64,000 nucleotides of DNA from the NCBI GenBank assembly GCA_963813715.1, contig CAWFAK010000012.1, forward strand, positions 128,001-192,000, given 5' to 3'. A model generated the notes under the pieces. The model was not told the origin of the DNA. It ran no database searches and saw only the letters and a list, made by a program, of their open reading frames with translations. The stretch comes from an uncultured Planctomycetaceae bacterium. Lineage in GTDB: Bacteria; Planctomycetota; Planctomycetia; Planctomycetales; Planctomycetaceae. This document shows positions 1-11,027 of this stretch, in pieces. The stretch's first letter is position 1. The number at the start of each line of letters is the position of its first letter. The translations under genes and the position numbers were made by a program.

Positions 1-487
1 GAATGTGCTGCGACTGCAACAACGCCGGATGCACCTTGACGACGAGCACGTCCTCGTAGTGCGAACGGTTAAAGATGCCGATGCGACCGCGCTCGGGAAG
101 GGCCTGGGTGCAGCGCCACAAGAACGTGTGCTTGAGCTCCTCTCCCGACGGCGGCTTGAACGAATAGACCTGGCAACCCGTCGGATTCACTCCCGACATC
201 ACGTGCTTGATCGTGCTGTCCTTGCCGGCCGCGTCCATTGCCTGAAAGACGATGAGCAGCGCTCGAGAGGCATCCGCGTAAAGCAGGTCCTGGGCCCTGG
301 CGAGCCGGCCGACGTCCTGCGTCAGCAACGATTCGAGCTCTCGCTTGGTCCAGCGATCCCGCAGATCACCGCCGCCCCATTCGGTGTCGAAGTGAGACAG
401 CCGAACCTTTTGCCCGGGGGTAATTCGGCACCCGTCGATCCGCTGCCGGATCGCCTTTTCGCCGTTGGTTTCTTTCCGTCGCGCCAC
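1..487 (-). CDS. ppk2: Polyphosphate kinase 2 family protein, 5' part (runs off the window)
   Basis: Not in the ORF track. Manual minus-strand translation from GTG 487 (preceded by GGGAGAGG) gives [37 protein letters not shown]...FLWR...[24 protein letters not shown], i.e. the PPK2 Walker A and FNRS motifs. Confidence 0.92.
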   Translation of the reverse strand, partial: MARRKETNGEKAIRQRIDGCRITPGQKVRLSHFDTEWGGGDLRDRWTKRELESLLTQDVGRLARAQDLLYADASRALLIVFQAMDAAGKDSTIKHVMSGVNPTGCQVYSFKPPSGEELKHTFLWRCTQALPERGRIGIFNRSHYEDVLVVKVHPALLQSQHI

Positions 488-662
488 GTCGGCCACCCTC
501 TCCCGATTCAGCATAACGGACGGCTTGTCCGGGCGGGGGCGGCTCCGCAATCTTCGCGCCCGAGCTCTCCGATGGTATCCTATTAACATTGGCTGATGCG
601 TTCGCGCCGACCCGCCTGCACACCCGCCCCGCCCTCCATTTTCTCTCACCACGCTCGAACGG

Positions 663-2111
663 ATGCATGAAATGACGGCGACCTTTCCAGCCTCAAATAT
701 GCAGCCCAGCGCGGGTTTGACCGGTCCAACACTGTCGGTCAGCCAGACACCGTCGGTTAGCCGGCGGGGATTTCTGCAGACGGGGGCCGCGGCAACGCTC
801 GGTCTCAGCCTGCCGTCGCTGTTGCTGCGGGCCGAATCCGCCGGCGCCCGCGTCGCCGCTCGGCCCGGAGAGCCCGGCCGCTCGCCGATCCGCTCGTGCA
901 TTTTTGTCTACTTCTATGGCGGTCCCAGCCACATCGATAGCTGGGACATGAAGCCGGCGGCCCCGAAGGAGGTCCGCGGGGAATTCTCGCCCATCGCGAC
1001 GTCGGCCCCGGGCATCACGGTCTGCGAGCACCTGCCGCATCTGGCGCGGATGGCCCACAAGTGGTCGATCATCCGCAGCATGCACCACCCGATGACGAAC
1101 CATAACGCGGCCGCCGTCGAGGCGATGTGTGGGCGGACGCCATTGCGGGGCGATCTCGAGCTTTTGGACGACGACGCGCTGAGCTTCCCCAGCTACGGGG
1201 CCGCGGTGAGCTATTTGATGCCCGACTCGCCCCTCGGTCTGCCGCACGTGTCTCTGCCGCACGTGATGTTCAACGTGGTGCAACTGCCGGGGCAAACGGC
1301 CGGATTTCTCGGCCCGTCGTACGAGCGCTTCCAGATCACCGACGACCCGAACGCCGCCCAATTCGACGTGTCGAGCCTCAAGCTGCCGGCCGACGTCTCT
1401 GCCGATCGGCTCAAGACTCGCAATAAACTGATGTCGGTGATCGATCGGCAGGCGGCCAGCCCGCCGACGACCCGCAGCCGCAGATCGGTCGAGGAGTATT
1501 ACGGCAAGGCGTTCGCCCTCTTGCGTTCGGAGGCCGTCCGTCACAGCCTGGATATCGCCAAGGAGCCGGCCCCGCTCCGCGATCGCTATGGCCGCAACAC
1601 GCTGGGGCAGAGCATGCTCTTGGCCCGCCGGCTGGTCGAGTCAGGCGTGCGATTCGTGAACGTGAACGACCGCATTCACAACGGACAGGAGGCCAACTGG
1701 GACAGCCACCAGAGCGTCTTCCCGCGGCATCGCGATCACCTGCTACCGCCGGCCGACCAGGCACTTTCCGCCCTGCTCGAGGATCTCGACGCGCGAGGCT
1801 TGCTGGACAGCACGCTCGTCGTCGCCCAAGGCGAATTCGGACGCAGCCCGCGGATCAACTCGAGCGCCGGCCGCGACCATTGGCCCCATGTCTACTCGGT
1901 GATTCTGGCCGGCGGCGGCATCCAAGGAGGCCGCGTGGTGGGAAGCAGCGACAAAATCGGCGCGTACCCGGCGACCGATCCGGTCTCGCCCGGCGACCTG
2001 GCCGCGACAATCTTCTCGTCGTTCGGGCTCGACCCGCTGCACGAAATCCGCGACATCACAGGCCGCCCCTGGCGACTGGCCGAAGGCCGTCGGCTGGCGG
2101 CTCTCTTCTAA
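663..2111 (+). CDS. DUF1501 domain protein with Tat-like signal
   Basis: SRRGFL twin-arginine motif; [30 protein letters not shown] and [10 protein letters not shown]...GRDHWP motifs typical of planctomycete DUF1501. Exact start uncertain. Confidence 0.9.
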   Translation: MHEMTATFPASNMQPSAGLTGPTLSVSQTPSVSRRGFLQTGAAATLGLSLPSLLLRAESAGARVAARPGEPGRSPIRSCIFVYFYGGPSHIDSWDMKPAAPKEVRGEFSPIATSAPGITVCEHLPHLARMAHKWSIIRSMHHPMTNHNAAAVEAMCGRTPLRGDLELLDDDALSFPSYGAAVSYLMPDSPLGLPHVSLPHVMFNVVQLPGQTAGFLGPSYERFQITDDPNAAQFDVSSLKLPADVSADRLKTRNKLMSVIDRQAASPPTTRSRRSVEEYYGKAFALLRSEAVRHSLDIAKEPAPLRDRYGRNTLGQSMLLARRLVESGVRFVNVNDRIHNGQEANWDSHQSVFPRHRDHLLPPADQALSALLEDLDARGLLDSTLVVAQGEFGRSPRINSSAGRDHWPHVYSVILAGGGIQGGRVVGSSDKIGAYPATDPVSPGDLAATIFSSFGLDPLHEIRDITGRPWRLAEGRRLAALF

Positions 2112-2262
2112 ATTGCACCGTCAAATTGCGACGTTAATTGCACCGGGGACAGGGCCGTACGAGCGGGCGTGGCGGCGACTGATCCCCCGCTCGAACCGGC
2201 GCAGCTTGTCCGACCGCGTCGTTTTCTATAGCGTGCGGCGAAACAACTGAGGTCGAACACGC

Positions 2263-2727
2263 ATGCATTTCTCGCTCCCCTGGTTTCGGATCGGCGCCAT
2301 TCTCGGCGGCCTGGCCGTCGCGTTCGGCGCCTTTGCCGCGCACGGCCTAGATCAATACTTTCCGCAGAAGTACGCCGACGCGCCGGCGAAGAAAGTGGCC
2401 GGGCTGGAAGTCCCCGCGTCGTGGAAATATCTGCAGGACTTCAAGACGGGGGCGGAGTACCAGATGTATCACTCGCTGGCATTGCTGGCCGTTGGCTTGG
2501 CGGCCGTTCGCGCGACTCGGCGGCGAGCGCTCGACGTGGCGGGCTGGTGCTTTCTCCTCGGCATCGTGCTTTTCTCCGGCAGCCTCTACGTGCTGACGTT
2601 GACGGGGGACAAGTATTGGGGGGCGGTGACGCCGTTCGGCGGCGTGTTGTTCCTGGTCGGCTGGGCGGCTCTGGTGGCTGCCGGTGTTGACCAGCTCGTC
2701 GCGACGCGGAATGGCGGCGCGGAATAG
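2263..2727 (+). CDS. DUF423 (YgdD/TMEM256) membrane protein
   Basis: AVAFGAFAAHGL, TGAEYQMYHSLALL, GIVLFSGSLY and GAVTPFGG motifs. Confidence 0.9.
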   Translation: MHFSLPWFRIGAILGGLAVAFGAFAAHGLDQYFPQKYADAPAKKVAGLEVPASWKYLQDFKTGAEYQMYHSLALLAVGLAAVRATRRRALDVAGWCFLLGIVLFSGSLYVLTLTGDKYWGAVTPFGGVLFLVGWAALVAAGVDQLVATRNGGAE

Positions 2728-2793
2728 AGAAGAAGCAAGAGAAAGACAAAGACACCGCTTACTGCGTGCGTGGCTCTGGGAGACTTGCCGACG

Positions 2794-3881
2794 ATGATCT
2801 TCGACGCCCATCTGGACATGGCCTGGAACGCCTGCGACTACAATCGCAACCTGATGTTGCCGGTGGCCGAAATTCGGCAATTTGAAAAGCATCTCGCCGG
2901 CGCGTTTCCCGGGCCAAACACCGTTTCGTGGCCCGAGCTGCGGCGTGGCGGCGTGGGTACCGTCGTAGCGACGCTGTTGCCGCGGCTGCACCGCACGAAC
3001 AAGGCGCTCACCTTTTACCAGTCGCGCGAGGCGGCATTCGCAGCGAGCTGCGGGCAGTTGGCTTACTACCGGGCGATGGTCGCGGCCGGACATTTGCGGG
3101 AACTTTCGGATCGCGAAACGCTCGAGGATCACGTGCGAGCCTGGCAGAAGGATTCCGCGCGTGCCCGATCGGCTTCATCCTCAGCATGGAGGGGAGCTGG
3201 TCGATCCTGCGGCCCGAGCACGTCGCCGAGTGGTTCGCGGCCGGCCTCCGCGCCCTCGGTCCGGCCCATTACGGCCCCGATTATTACTGTCACGGCACGG
3301 GGAGCGACGGCGGACTGAAAGAACAGGGGCCCGCGCTGCTCAAAGAAATGGACAAAGTCGGCCTGATCCTCGACGCGACGCACCTCGCCGACAAATCGTT
3401 CTGGCAGGCACTCGACATCTTCGGCGGGCCCGTGCTCGCCAGTCATCACAACTGCCGCACGCTGGTCCCCGGCGATCGCCAGCTCGCCGATGATCAGATC
3501 AAGGCGCTCGTCGCCCGCGGCGCCGTGATCGGAGCTTCGTTCGACAACTGGATGCTCAAGCCCGATTGGATCCGCGGCGTCACCTCGGCCGAGACCGTGT
3601 CGCTCGAGGACGTCGTCAATCACACCGACTACATCTGCCAGCTCGTCGGCAACGCCAAACACTGCGGACTGGGGACCGATCTCGACGGCGGCTTCGGCAC
3701 CGAGCAATCGCCGCACGACCTCGACACGATCGCCAACCTGCCCAAGATCGGCGAGATCCTGGCCCGCCGCGGCTACTCGCAGGACGATATCGACGGCATC
3801 CTCTGGCGGAACTTCTACGACTTCTTCCGGCGTTCGCTGCCGAGCCACCGGCCCCCGGCTAAGCCGTGTCCCGCGCCCTAG
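2794..3881 (+). CDS. Membrane dipeptidase (peptidase M19), frameshifted near 3155
   Basis: IFDAHLD N-terminus in ORF 2770; LSMEG, DATHL, ASHHNCR and GLGTDLDGG in ORF 2928. Confidence 0.88.
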
Positions 3882-3907
3882 TTGCGACGAATCCATTTTT
3901 TGCGTGC

Positions 3908-3954
3908 TTGCCCCGTGATCCAATCGACCCTATATTTCGTTAGTTAGCGAAATA
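3908..3954 (+). promoter_or_regulatory. Sigma70-like promoter overlapped by a palindromic operator, probably the SdpR-like autorepression site
   Basis: TTGCCC (3908)-N17-TATATT (3931); inverted repeat TATTTCG-N8-CGAAATA at 3933-3954. Confidence 0.6.
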
Positions 3955-3980
3955 CAGAACTACATGCCCGGTTCTGACAC

Positions 3981-4268
3981 ATGAACGAAGTCTTTCAGGC
4001 CCTGAGCGACCCCACGCGCCGCGAGATCCTGCGGCTCCTGCAAAGCTCCGACATGACGGCGGGCGAAATCGCGGAGCGGTTCCCGCTGGCCAAGTCGACC
4101 CTCTCGGGCCACTTCAACGTGCTCAAACACGCCGGGCTGATCGTCGCGGAGAAGACCGGCACGACCGTCGTCTACAGCTTGAACGTCTCGGCTGTCGAGC
4201 AGACGCTCACCGCCGTGATGAACCTGCTGGCCGTTGGCAAGAAGACCGCTGCAAAGGCCAAAACATGA
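3981..4268 (+). CDS. sdpR: ArsR/SmtB family repressor (SdpR-like)
   Basis: VFQALSDPTRREILRLL...TAGEIAERF.LAKSTLSGHFNVLKHAGLI helix-turn-helix; overlaps the downstream SdpI-like gene (ATGA). Confidence 0.85.
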   Translation: MNEVFQALSDPTRREILRLLQSSDMTAGEIAERFPLAKSTLSGHFNVLKHAGLIVAEKTGTTVVYSLNVSAVEQTLTAVMNLLAVGKKTAAKAKT

Positions 4269-4948
4269 AGCCCAACTGGCGGATGGAAGTCATTCAGCTT
4301 TTGCCCATTGCGGCGATGTTTCTCGCCGGCGTGCTCTGCTGGCCGTATGCCCCCGATCACATTCCCGCGCACTGGAATTTCCAGGGCCAAGTCGATCGCT
4401 ACGGCGGCAAGTTCGAGGGTTTGTTGCTGTTGCCGCTGGTGGCGCTCGGCCTCTACGGCCTGCTGCGGGTGCTGCCGGCCTTCGATCCGGGGAAGGAGAA
4501 CTATCGCACGTTCCTCGGCGCGTACGACGCGATTCGTCTGACGGTCACGCTGTTCCTGGCCGCCATCTATACGGTCGGCGTGCTGACGGCGTTCGGCTAT
4601 CACGTCAACATGACCACGGTGGTGGGCCTGGCGATGGGCGTGCTGTTCCTCGTCTTGGGCAACGTGATGGGGAAAATTCGGCCCAACTGGTTCGTCGGCG
4701 TGCGGACCCCGTGGACTCTCTCGAGCAAGCTGTCCTGGACGAAGACGCATCGGCTGGCGGGCTGGCTTTTCATCCTGATGGGCCTCTTTGCGATCGCCTG
4801 GGGAATCACGCAGAACGTGTGGGTCTTCGGCACGATGCTGGCCGTCGACGGGGTGTGCGCGGTCACGATCATGGTCTATTCGTATTTGGTCTATCGTAAA
4901 GATCCCGCGCGGATGTCTCCGGCCGACACGCGGCCCGTCGCGGAATAG
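4265..4948 (+). CDS. sdpI: SdpI family immunity-like membrane protein (DUF1648 + SdpI)
   Basis: PDHIPAHWNFQGQVDRYGGK and PNWFVGVRTPWTLSS..SW.KTHRLAG motifs; multiple transmembrane segments. Confidence 0.85.
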   Translation: MKPNWRMEVIQLLPIAAMFLAGVLCWPYAPDHIPAHWNFQGQVDRYGGKFEGLLLLPLVALGLYGLLRVLPAFDPGKENYRTFLGAYDAIRLTVTLFLAAIYTVGVLTAFGYHVNMTTVVGLAMGVLFLVLGNVMGKIRPNWFVGVRTPWTLSSKLSWTKTHRLAGWLFILMGLFAIAWGITQNVWVFGTMLAVDGVCAVTIMVYSYLVYRKDPARMSPADTRPVAE

Positions 4949-5025
4949 ACGGCAATCCTTCGCGCGCGGAGTGCATCCGCGCGGGTCGCAGTTCGGAGCG
5001 CCGATCCGCGCCGGCACCGATTGCC

Positions 5026-5053
5026 TAATCCGCAGAGCTTGCGCGACCGATAC
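5026..5053 (+). promoter_or_regulatory. Sigma28 (FliA)-like promoter upstream of the TPR-glycosyltransferase cluster
   Basis: TAAT-N16-ACCGATAC, compared with consensus TAAA-N15/16-GCCGATAA. Confidence 0.4.
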
Positions 5054-5166
5054 AGGATAAGTACGAGCGCGGCCTGCGTCAGGGGGCGCATTGCGGGTCG
5101 GGGGGTCGTCTCATCTCCGCCGTCGGCTGAACGCTCGACAATTCTTCATGGGCGGAAGGGAATCCG

Positions 5167-8100
5167 ATGGCTGCGGTCTCGGAGTCGTTGCATCGCGCGA
5201 TCAAGCATCACGAAGCGGGCGAAATCGAGCAGGCCGAGGCCCTTTATCGCGAGATCGTTCGCGTCGACCCGGGACATGCCGACGCCCTGCACCTCTTGGG
5301 CGTGGCCGCTCATCAGAAGTCCGATCACCCGAAGGGCGTGCATTTCATTCGCCAGGCGATCGCCAAGAGCGGCGGCTCGGCGTTGTACTACAGCAACCTG
5401 GGCGCGTGTTACCGCGCGCTCAACCGGATTGATGCCGCCATCGACGCCTTTCGCGAAGCCGTTCGGCTGCAGCCCGGCTTCTTCGGCGCACGGTACAACC
5501 TGGCGATGGCCCTCGAAGCGGCCGGCCGTCCCTATGAAGCCCTGCAAGCGTACGACGAAGTCCTCCGCATCAATTCCGGCTACGTGGAAGCGCTCAACAA
5601 CCGCGGAGCCCTGCTCTCCTCGTTGGGACGTGCGGAAGAGGCTGTTGCAAGTTATCGCCGCGCCGTCGAGTGCCGTCCGCGCTCAGCCAGCCTGCACTAC
5701 AACCTGGCCAACGCCCTTTCGCGGTGCGGGCAGTTCGAGCCGGCCGTCGCCGCCTATCGCGAAGCTCTGCGACTCGACGGGTCCGTTCCTGAGGCCTACA
5801 ACAACCTGGCCACCGCGCTCGACGCGCTGGGCCGTAGCGAAGAAGCCCTGCAGGCGATCGATCAGGCCCTGGCTTTGCGCCCGGATTACTCCGAAGCCCG
5901 GCTCAATCAGTCGACCATTCAACAGGCGATCCGCGAACGGGAAGTGGCCAGTGTGATCGACCCGGACACGCCGGCGCTTGCCAGTGTGCCGGTCGCGTCG
6001 AATCCCGCACAGTGGTGCGCCCGCGGCGGGCAGTTGCAGGCCATCGGTCAATTTGAAGAGGCCGACGCGCTCTTCCGGCATGCGCTCGAGGTCGATGCGA
6101 ACTGCGCGGCCGCCTACTTCGGCTTGGGTTTCAGCCTGCTGGCCGTCGAGCAGCACGAAGAATCGGCCGCCTATTACGAACAGGGGCTGTTGATCGACGA
6201 CACCGACGGGACCGCCTGGAACAACCTGGGCTCGGCCTACACTTCGCTCGAAAAGTACGAAGAGGCCATCGCCTGCTACGAGAGCGCGCTGCAGATCGAC
6301 GCAGCCAACGCTAAGGCACACTTCAACCTAGGCAACGTCTACAAGGATCTCGGGCAGCCGACCGAGGCCTCAGCTTGTTATCGGCGGGCGCTCTACGTCG
6401 AGCCTGGTCTGACCGAAGCGCACATCAACCTGGGCGTCGTCCTGCAGCAGCTGGGCCGTTTGGATGACGCGCTGGCGAGCCACGATCGGGCCGTCGAGCA
6501 GCGCCGCGAAGATGCCGAGGCTCACTTCCACCGCGCGGGTACGCTACTGATGAAGGGCGATTACGCCCGCGGCTGGGACGAATACGAGTGGCGATGGCGC
6601 TACGACCTGACGCCCCGCACGTTCGCCGCTCCGGCCTGGAACGGCGAGGACCTGGCCGACCAGACGCTTTTGATTCACGGCGAACAGGGAGTTGGCGATG
6701 AAATTTTCTTCGCCTCGTGCGTTCCCGACGTGCTGGCCTTGTCGCGGCAATGCCTGATCGAATGCGATCCGCGCCTGGTCCCTCTCTTTGCCCGTTCGTT
6801 CCCGCTCGCCGAAGTCGTTGCGCGACCCCTCTCGAATGACGAGGCCGATCTAGCCGGTATCACCGCCCATTCTCCGGCAGGCAGCTTGCCGCGATTCCTG
6901 CGGCGTACGTCAGCCGATTTCCCCAAGCGGCTGCGGTACCTGGCGGCTTGCCCCAAGCAGCGGCGAGACTGGAGCCGCCGCCTGGCCGAGCTGGGTCACG
7001 GTCTGAAGGTCGGCATTTCGTGGCGCGGCGGCGGCAAAGCCATTCAGCTGCGTCGCCGCTCGACGGCCCTCGCGCAGTGGCAGCCGGTCTTTGCCGTCCC
7101 GGGCGTCAAGTTCGTCGACTTGCAGTACGGCACCACGCCGGCGGAGCTGGTGGAAGCGGCCGGCCTGCTCGACGCTCCGCTGCAGCATTGGGACCACCTG
7201 GATCCACTCAAGGATCTCGACGGCTTCGCCGCGCTTGTCGCCGAATTGGATCTCGTGATCTCGGTCGACAATGCGACGGTCCACATGGCGGGCGCTCTGG
7301 GCGTTCCCGTTTGGAACTTGCTGCCCTTCGCGCCGACGTGGCGGTGGCAGCTCGGACGCGACGAGACTTCGTGGTATCCGTCGATGCGGCTCGTGCGGCA
7401 GCCCAAGCACGGCGACTGGAGTCCCGTTTTCCAGGAAGTGACCGGCCACCTGCGCCTGCTGGCCACGTCTCGCGGCTCGAAGACCGATGCCGGCGCAGTC
7501 GCTATGACACAGCCGGCCAAAGCGGCGCCAGGCTCGACGCCGCCGCCGAGTCTTACGATCTTCGACGCACAGGCCGCCGAGGAGCGGGCGAAGTACGAAC
7601 AGGTCTGGAAGTTCGATCGCTACCGCGACTTCTCGCCCGGAGCAGACGCTCTCGAGCGGCTGCCGTTGCTCGACGCGCTCCGCAATCACAGCGTGCGAAC
7701 AATTCTGGATGCGGGCTGCGGCTCGGGCAAGCTGATGTGGCGGCTGATTAACGAGCACGCCGGCGAATTCGACGTGCACGGCTTCGACATCACCGACAAC
7801 TGCCTCGACCCCTGCTTCGCCGAGATCAAAGAGCAGGTGTTGACGGTGGGCTGCTTGTGGAATCCGGACGATTTCCGCCGCTTGTACGACGCGGTCATCT
7901 GCTGCGACGTAATGGAGCACATCCCCACCGAGCGAGTGCCGGCCGTGCTGGCCAATTTGCATCACAGCAGTCGACGGTTCGCTTTCTTTTCGATCGCCGT
8001 CATCAAGGACGTGTTCGGTCCCCAAATCCTGGGCGAAGCGCTGCACCTGACGGTGCAAAAGCCCGAATGGTGGCTGGCGCGACTCACAGAGGCTGGCTTC

Positions 8101-8175
8101 AAAATCAGCTCGCACGCGCTGGGCATCTCCGGCGACGGCACCGAGGCCCAACTCTACGTCTTCGCCACGCCGTAA
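5167..8175 (+). CDS. TPR-repeat protein with GT-B (GT9-like) domain and C-terminal class I SAM methyltransferase
   Basis: Many TPRs; GWDEYEWRW, EQGVGDEIFF, KVGISWRGG, LDLVISVDNATVHMAGALG, WYPSMRLVRQ; C-terminal ILDAGCGSG motif I. Confidence 0.85.
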   Translation: MAAVSESLHRAIKHHEAGEIEQAEALYREIVRVDPGHADALHLLGVAAHQKSDHPKGVHFIRQAIAKSGGSALYYSNLGACYRALNRIDAAIDAFREAVRLQPGFFGARYNLAMALEAAGRPYEALQAYDEVLRINSGYVEALNNRGALLSSLGRAEEAVASYRRAVECRPRSASLHYNLANALSRCGQFEPAVAAYREALRLDGSVPEAYNNLATALDALGRSEEALQAIDQALALRPDYSEARLNQSTIQQAIREREVASVIDPDTPALASVPVASNPAQWCARGGQLQAIGQFEEADALFRHALEVDANCAAAYFGLGFSLLAVEQHEESAAYYEQGLLIDDTDGTAWNNLGSAYTSLEKYEEAIACYESALQIDAANAKAHFNLGNVYKDLGQPTEASACYRRALYVEPGLTEAHINLGVVLQQLGRLDDALASHDRAVEQRREDAEAHFHRAGTLLMKGDYARGWDEYEWRWRYDLTPRTFAAPAWNGEDLADQTLLIHGEQGVGDEIFFASCVPDVLALSRQCLIECDPRLVPLFARSFPLAEVVARPLSNDEADLAGITAHSPAGSLPRFLRRTSADFPKRLRYLAACPKQRRDWSRRLAELGHGLKVGISWRGGGKAIQLRRRSTALAQWQPVFAVPGVKFVDLQYGTTPAELVEAAGLLDAPLQHWDHLDPLKDLDGFAALVAELDLVISVDNATVHMAGALGVPVWNLLPFAPTWRWQLGRDETSWYPSMRLVRQPKHGDWSPVFQEVTGHLRLLATSRGSKTDAGAVAMTQPAKAAPGSTPPPSLTIFDAQAAEERAKYEQVWKFDRYRDFSPGADALERLPLLDALRNHSVRTILDAGCGSGKLMWRLINEHAGEFDVHGFDITDNCLDPCFAEIKEQVLTVGCLWNPDDFRRLYDAVICCDVMEHIPTERVPAVLANLHHSSRRFAFFSIAVIKDVFGPQILGEALHLTVQKPEWWLARLTEAGFKISSHALGISGDGTEAQLYVFATP

Positions 8176-8407
8176 CGAACGATGCCTCGAAAGACTTTGC
8201 CTTCGCAAATTCCTTCGCTCCCGAAGCAATTTTTCCCCTTCTTTCGAGCGCCGCGCATCCGCTGCCACGAAGGTCACTTCATTCGCCGGAGGCTTTAACG
8301 CCGATACAGATTAAGCCGTTTCGTCGACCGGACTTTGGCGTGTCAGGGCCGGCCTGCGAGCGGATGTTCGCTGACCGTCGCGCACGTGAACTATCGCGGG
8401 AACAAAT

Positions 8408-11004
8408 ATGGCGGTTGCCGCTTCCGATCTTCTGCAGACCGCGTTTGAGCACCATCGCGACGGCGACCTGTCCGGAGCGGAGGCCGCCTGCCGCGAGACG
8501 CTCCGCGTCCATCCGCGTCATGCCGACGCGCTGCACCTCTTGGGCGTGATCGCCTTTCAGAAGCAAGAGCACGTGACGGCCGTCGATCGCATCGGCCAGG
8601 CCATCGACGCGGATCCGGGGCGAGCCGAGCTCTACAACAGCCTTGGAAACGTTTATCGCGCGCTCGACTGCCCGGTCGAAGCGCTAGCTGCGTTTCGTCG
8701 GGCCCTGCAGCTCCGACCCGATTTTTCGATCGCCTATTTCAACCTGGGGGTCGTGCTGAGTGAGCAAGGCCAGCAAACGGGCGCGATCGACTGCTTCGAG
8801 CGGGCCGCACAGCTCGACCCCAAGAATCTTCCCGCCTGGATGAACCTGGGCTCGGCCCTGCTGGAACGCGGCGAACTCGACGACGCGGCGGCCTGCTTCG
8901 AGTGCCTGTTGGAACTTGATGCGAATCATCCTGCGGCACTGGCTCAACTCGGCCGTTGCCGCGCCCGCGGCGGGCACACTGCTGAGGCGATTTCAGCCTA
9001 CGAACGGGCTCTTGCCCAGGGCAACGATACGGACGAGCTGCTCAAGAGCCTCGCGGAGTGTTACCTGCAGAACGAACGCTCGGCCGATGCGGAAGGCGTC
9101 TATCGACGGGCCCTCGAGCGCAGCCCGCGAGAGGCCAACCTGCTGTTGAACCTGGCGCAAGCGCTCAAGGACCAGAAGAAGTTCGACGAAGCCATCGACT
9201 GCTATCGTCGCGGCCTGAGCCTCGATCCGCAAAATGCCAACGCCCATTATGCGCACGCCCGCGCGCTGCATCTGAGCGAGCGCTTCGAGGAAGCGATTAG
9301 CAGCTATCGCCAGGCGATCGCCCTAGGCTCGAAGGAGCGGCAGGCGCTCTACCATCTGGGGAACGCCTGTAAATCGGTGAAGCGGTTGAGCGAAGCTGTT
9401 GAAGCGTATCTGGCCACGCTCGAGCGCGACGCCGACTTCCTCCCCGCGATGTATCAACTGGGGAACGCCTACCGGCAGCTGTTCGATCTCGACAGTGCTC
9501 GGCGGTGCTACGAAAAGGTCCTCGCGAAAAAGCCCGACGATCTCACGGTGCTGGTGGCGCTGGGCAACGTGCTGAAAGAGCAGGACGACCAGGTCGGGGC
9601 CGCGGCCGCTTATCGCAAGGTGATTCGCCACGTGCAGGGCGAACCGCTCTGGGAGCTGTGGCTGGACACGTTGTGCCCGGTGGTCTTTCACAGCACAGTT
9701 GGCATCGACCAGTATCGGGCGCGGCTGCTGGCTCGCTTCGAGGAATTTGCGACGAAAAACCTGGCGATCACGCCGTCTGTCATCGCCGGCCAGGGCTGCC
9801 CGCCGTCGTACACGCTGCAGTTCCATGGTCGTGACAATCGTCCGCTCAAAGAGGCCTACGCCCGGATCTTCGGTGGGCTGGCCGAAGCGGGCGGGGGCTA
9901 CGATCGTTGGTGGCTGCGCAGGCAAGCCGCGCGTCGGCTTCGTCGTCACCGACGGGCACGAAGGAGTTTTTCTTCGCTATTTGCAGGGCGTGTTGGAGCG
10001 GCTCGATCGCCGCGAATTTGAGCCGGTCGTGATCTGCTCGGCCGGCGGGCAGCGGCGGATCGAGGCACAGGTTCCAACCGGAGCGTTCGAGACGTTCGTC
10101 ATCCCCAGTCGCTTCGACCGGATCGTGGACCGCATCCGCGAGGGCCGGTTTGCGGTCCTCTACCATTGGGAGATCGGCTCGGACGTCACCAATTATTTTC
10201 TGCCGCTCTGCCGCCTCGCGCCGGTGCAATGCACGGGAGCCGGGCTGCCCGACACGTCGGGGATTCCGCCGGTTGATTACTTCCTGACGAGCAGCGTCTG
10301 CGAGCCGCCGCGCGCCGGAGCGCGCTTACAGCGAACGCGTCATCACCTCCACCTCGCTGCTCACCTGGCAGACGCGGCTCGGCGTCGGCGACAACTCGCG
10401 GACGCCGGTACTCAGGCCGAGCGCCACCGAGCACGTTTATCTCTGCCCGCACAAGATTGAAAAATTCCATCCCGACTTCGACGGCTTGCTCGGCGAAATC
10501 CTCGAGCGCGATCCGCGCGGCACGATCGTCATTCCCCAGGACCGTCACGGCTACGCGGCTCGCAAGCTGCAAAATCGGCTGCGGCTCGCGTTGCGGCACG
10601 TTGCCGAGCGAATCCGCTTTGTGCCCTACCAGTCGATGGACGGATACCTGGGTCTGATCGACGCGGCCGACGTGCTACTCGACCCGATTCATTACGGCGG
10701 CGGACTGACCTCGTTCGACGGTCTGTCGCTCAACAAGCCGATCGTGACGCTGCCCGGTCAGTTCCTCCGCGGCCGCTTCACGGCCGGTTTTTACAACACG
10801 ATGGGTGTGAACGAGTGCATTGCCACGGGCCCGGACGACTATGTTGCGCGGGCGGTGCGACTCGGCACCGATAGCGAATGGCGCCGCCACGTCGTCGAGC
10901 GAATTCAGCAGACGAGCGACGCGCTGTTTGAAACGCCGAGCGCCGTCGCCGAATACAACCGCATCCTCTCACAGCTCGTCGAGGAGGCGGTCCGCCGCGG
11001 CTAG
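8408..11004 (+). CDS. TPR + O-GlcNAc-transferase-like (GT41/SPINDLY-type) protein, frameshifted near 9890 and 10310
   Basis: TPR array, then PRVGFV, LPLCRLAPVQC.GAGLPDTSGIP.VDYF, KFHPDFD, ADVLLDP.HYGGGLTSFDGL and PIVTLPGQFLRGR across successive frames. Confidence 0.8.
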
Positions 11005-11027
11005 CGAACCGAAGCCAAGGAATCGGC

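Noticed and set aside
5..586. 193-aa plus-strand ORF
   Set aside because: Antisense shadow of the ppk2 gene on the minus strand.
8279..8307. Sigma28 promoter before the second TPR gene
   Set aside because: GCCGATAC is present but the -35 is poor; kept only as weak support, not as a feature.
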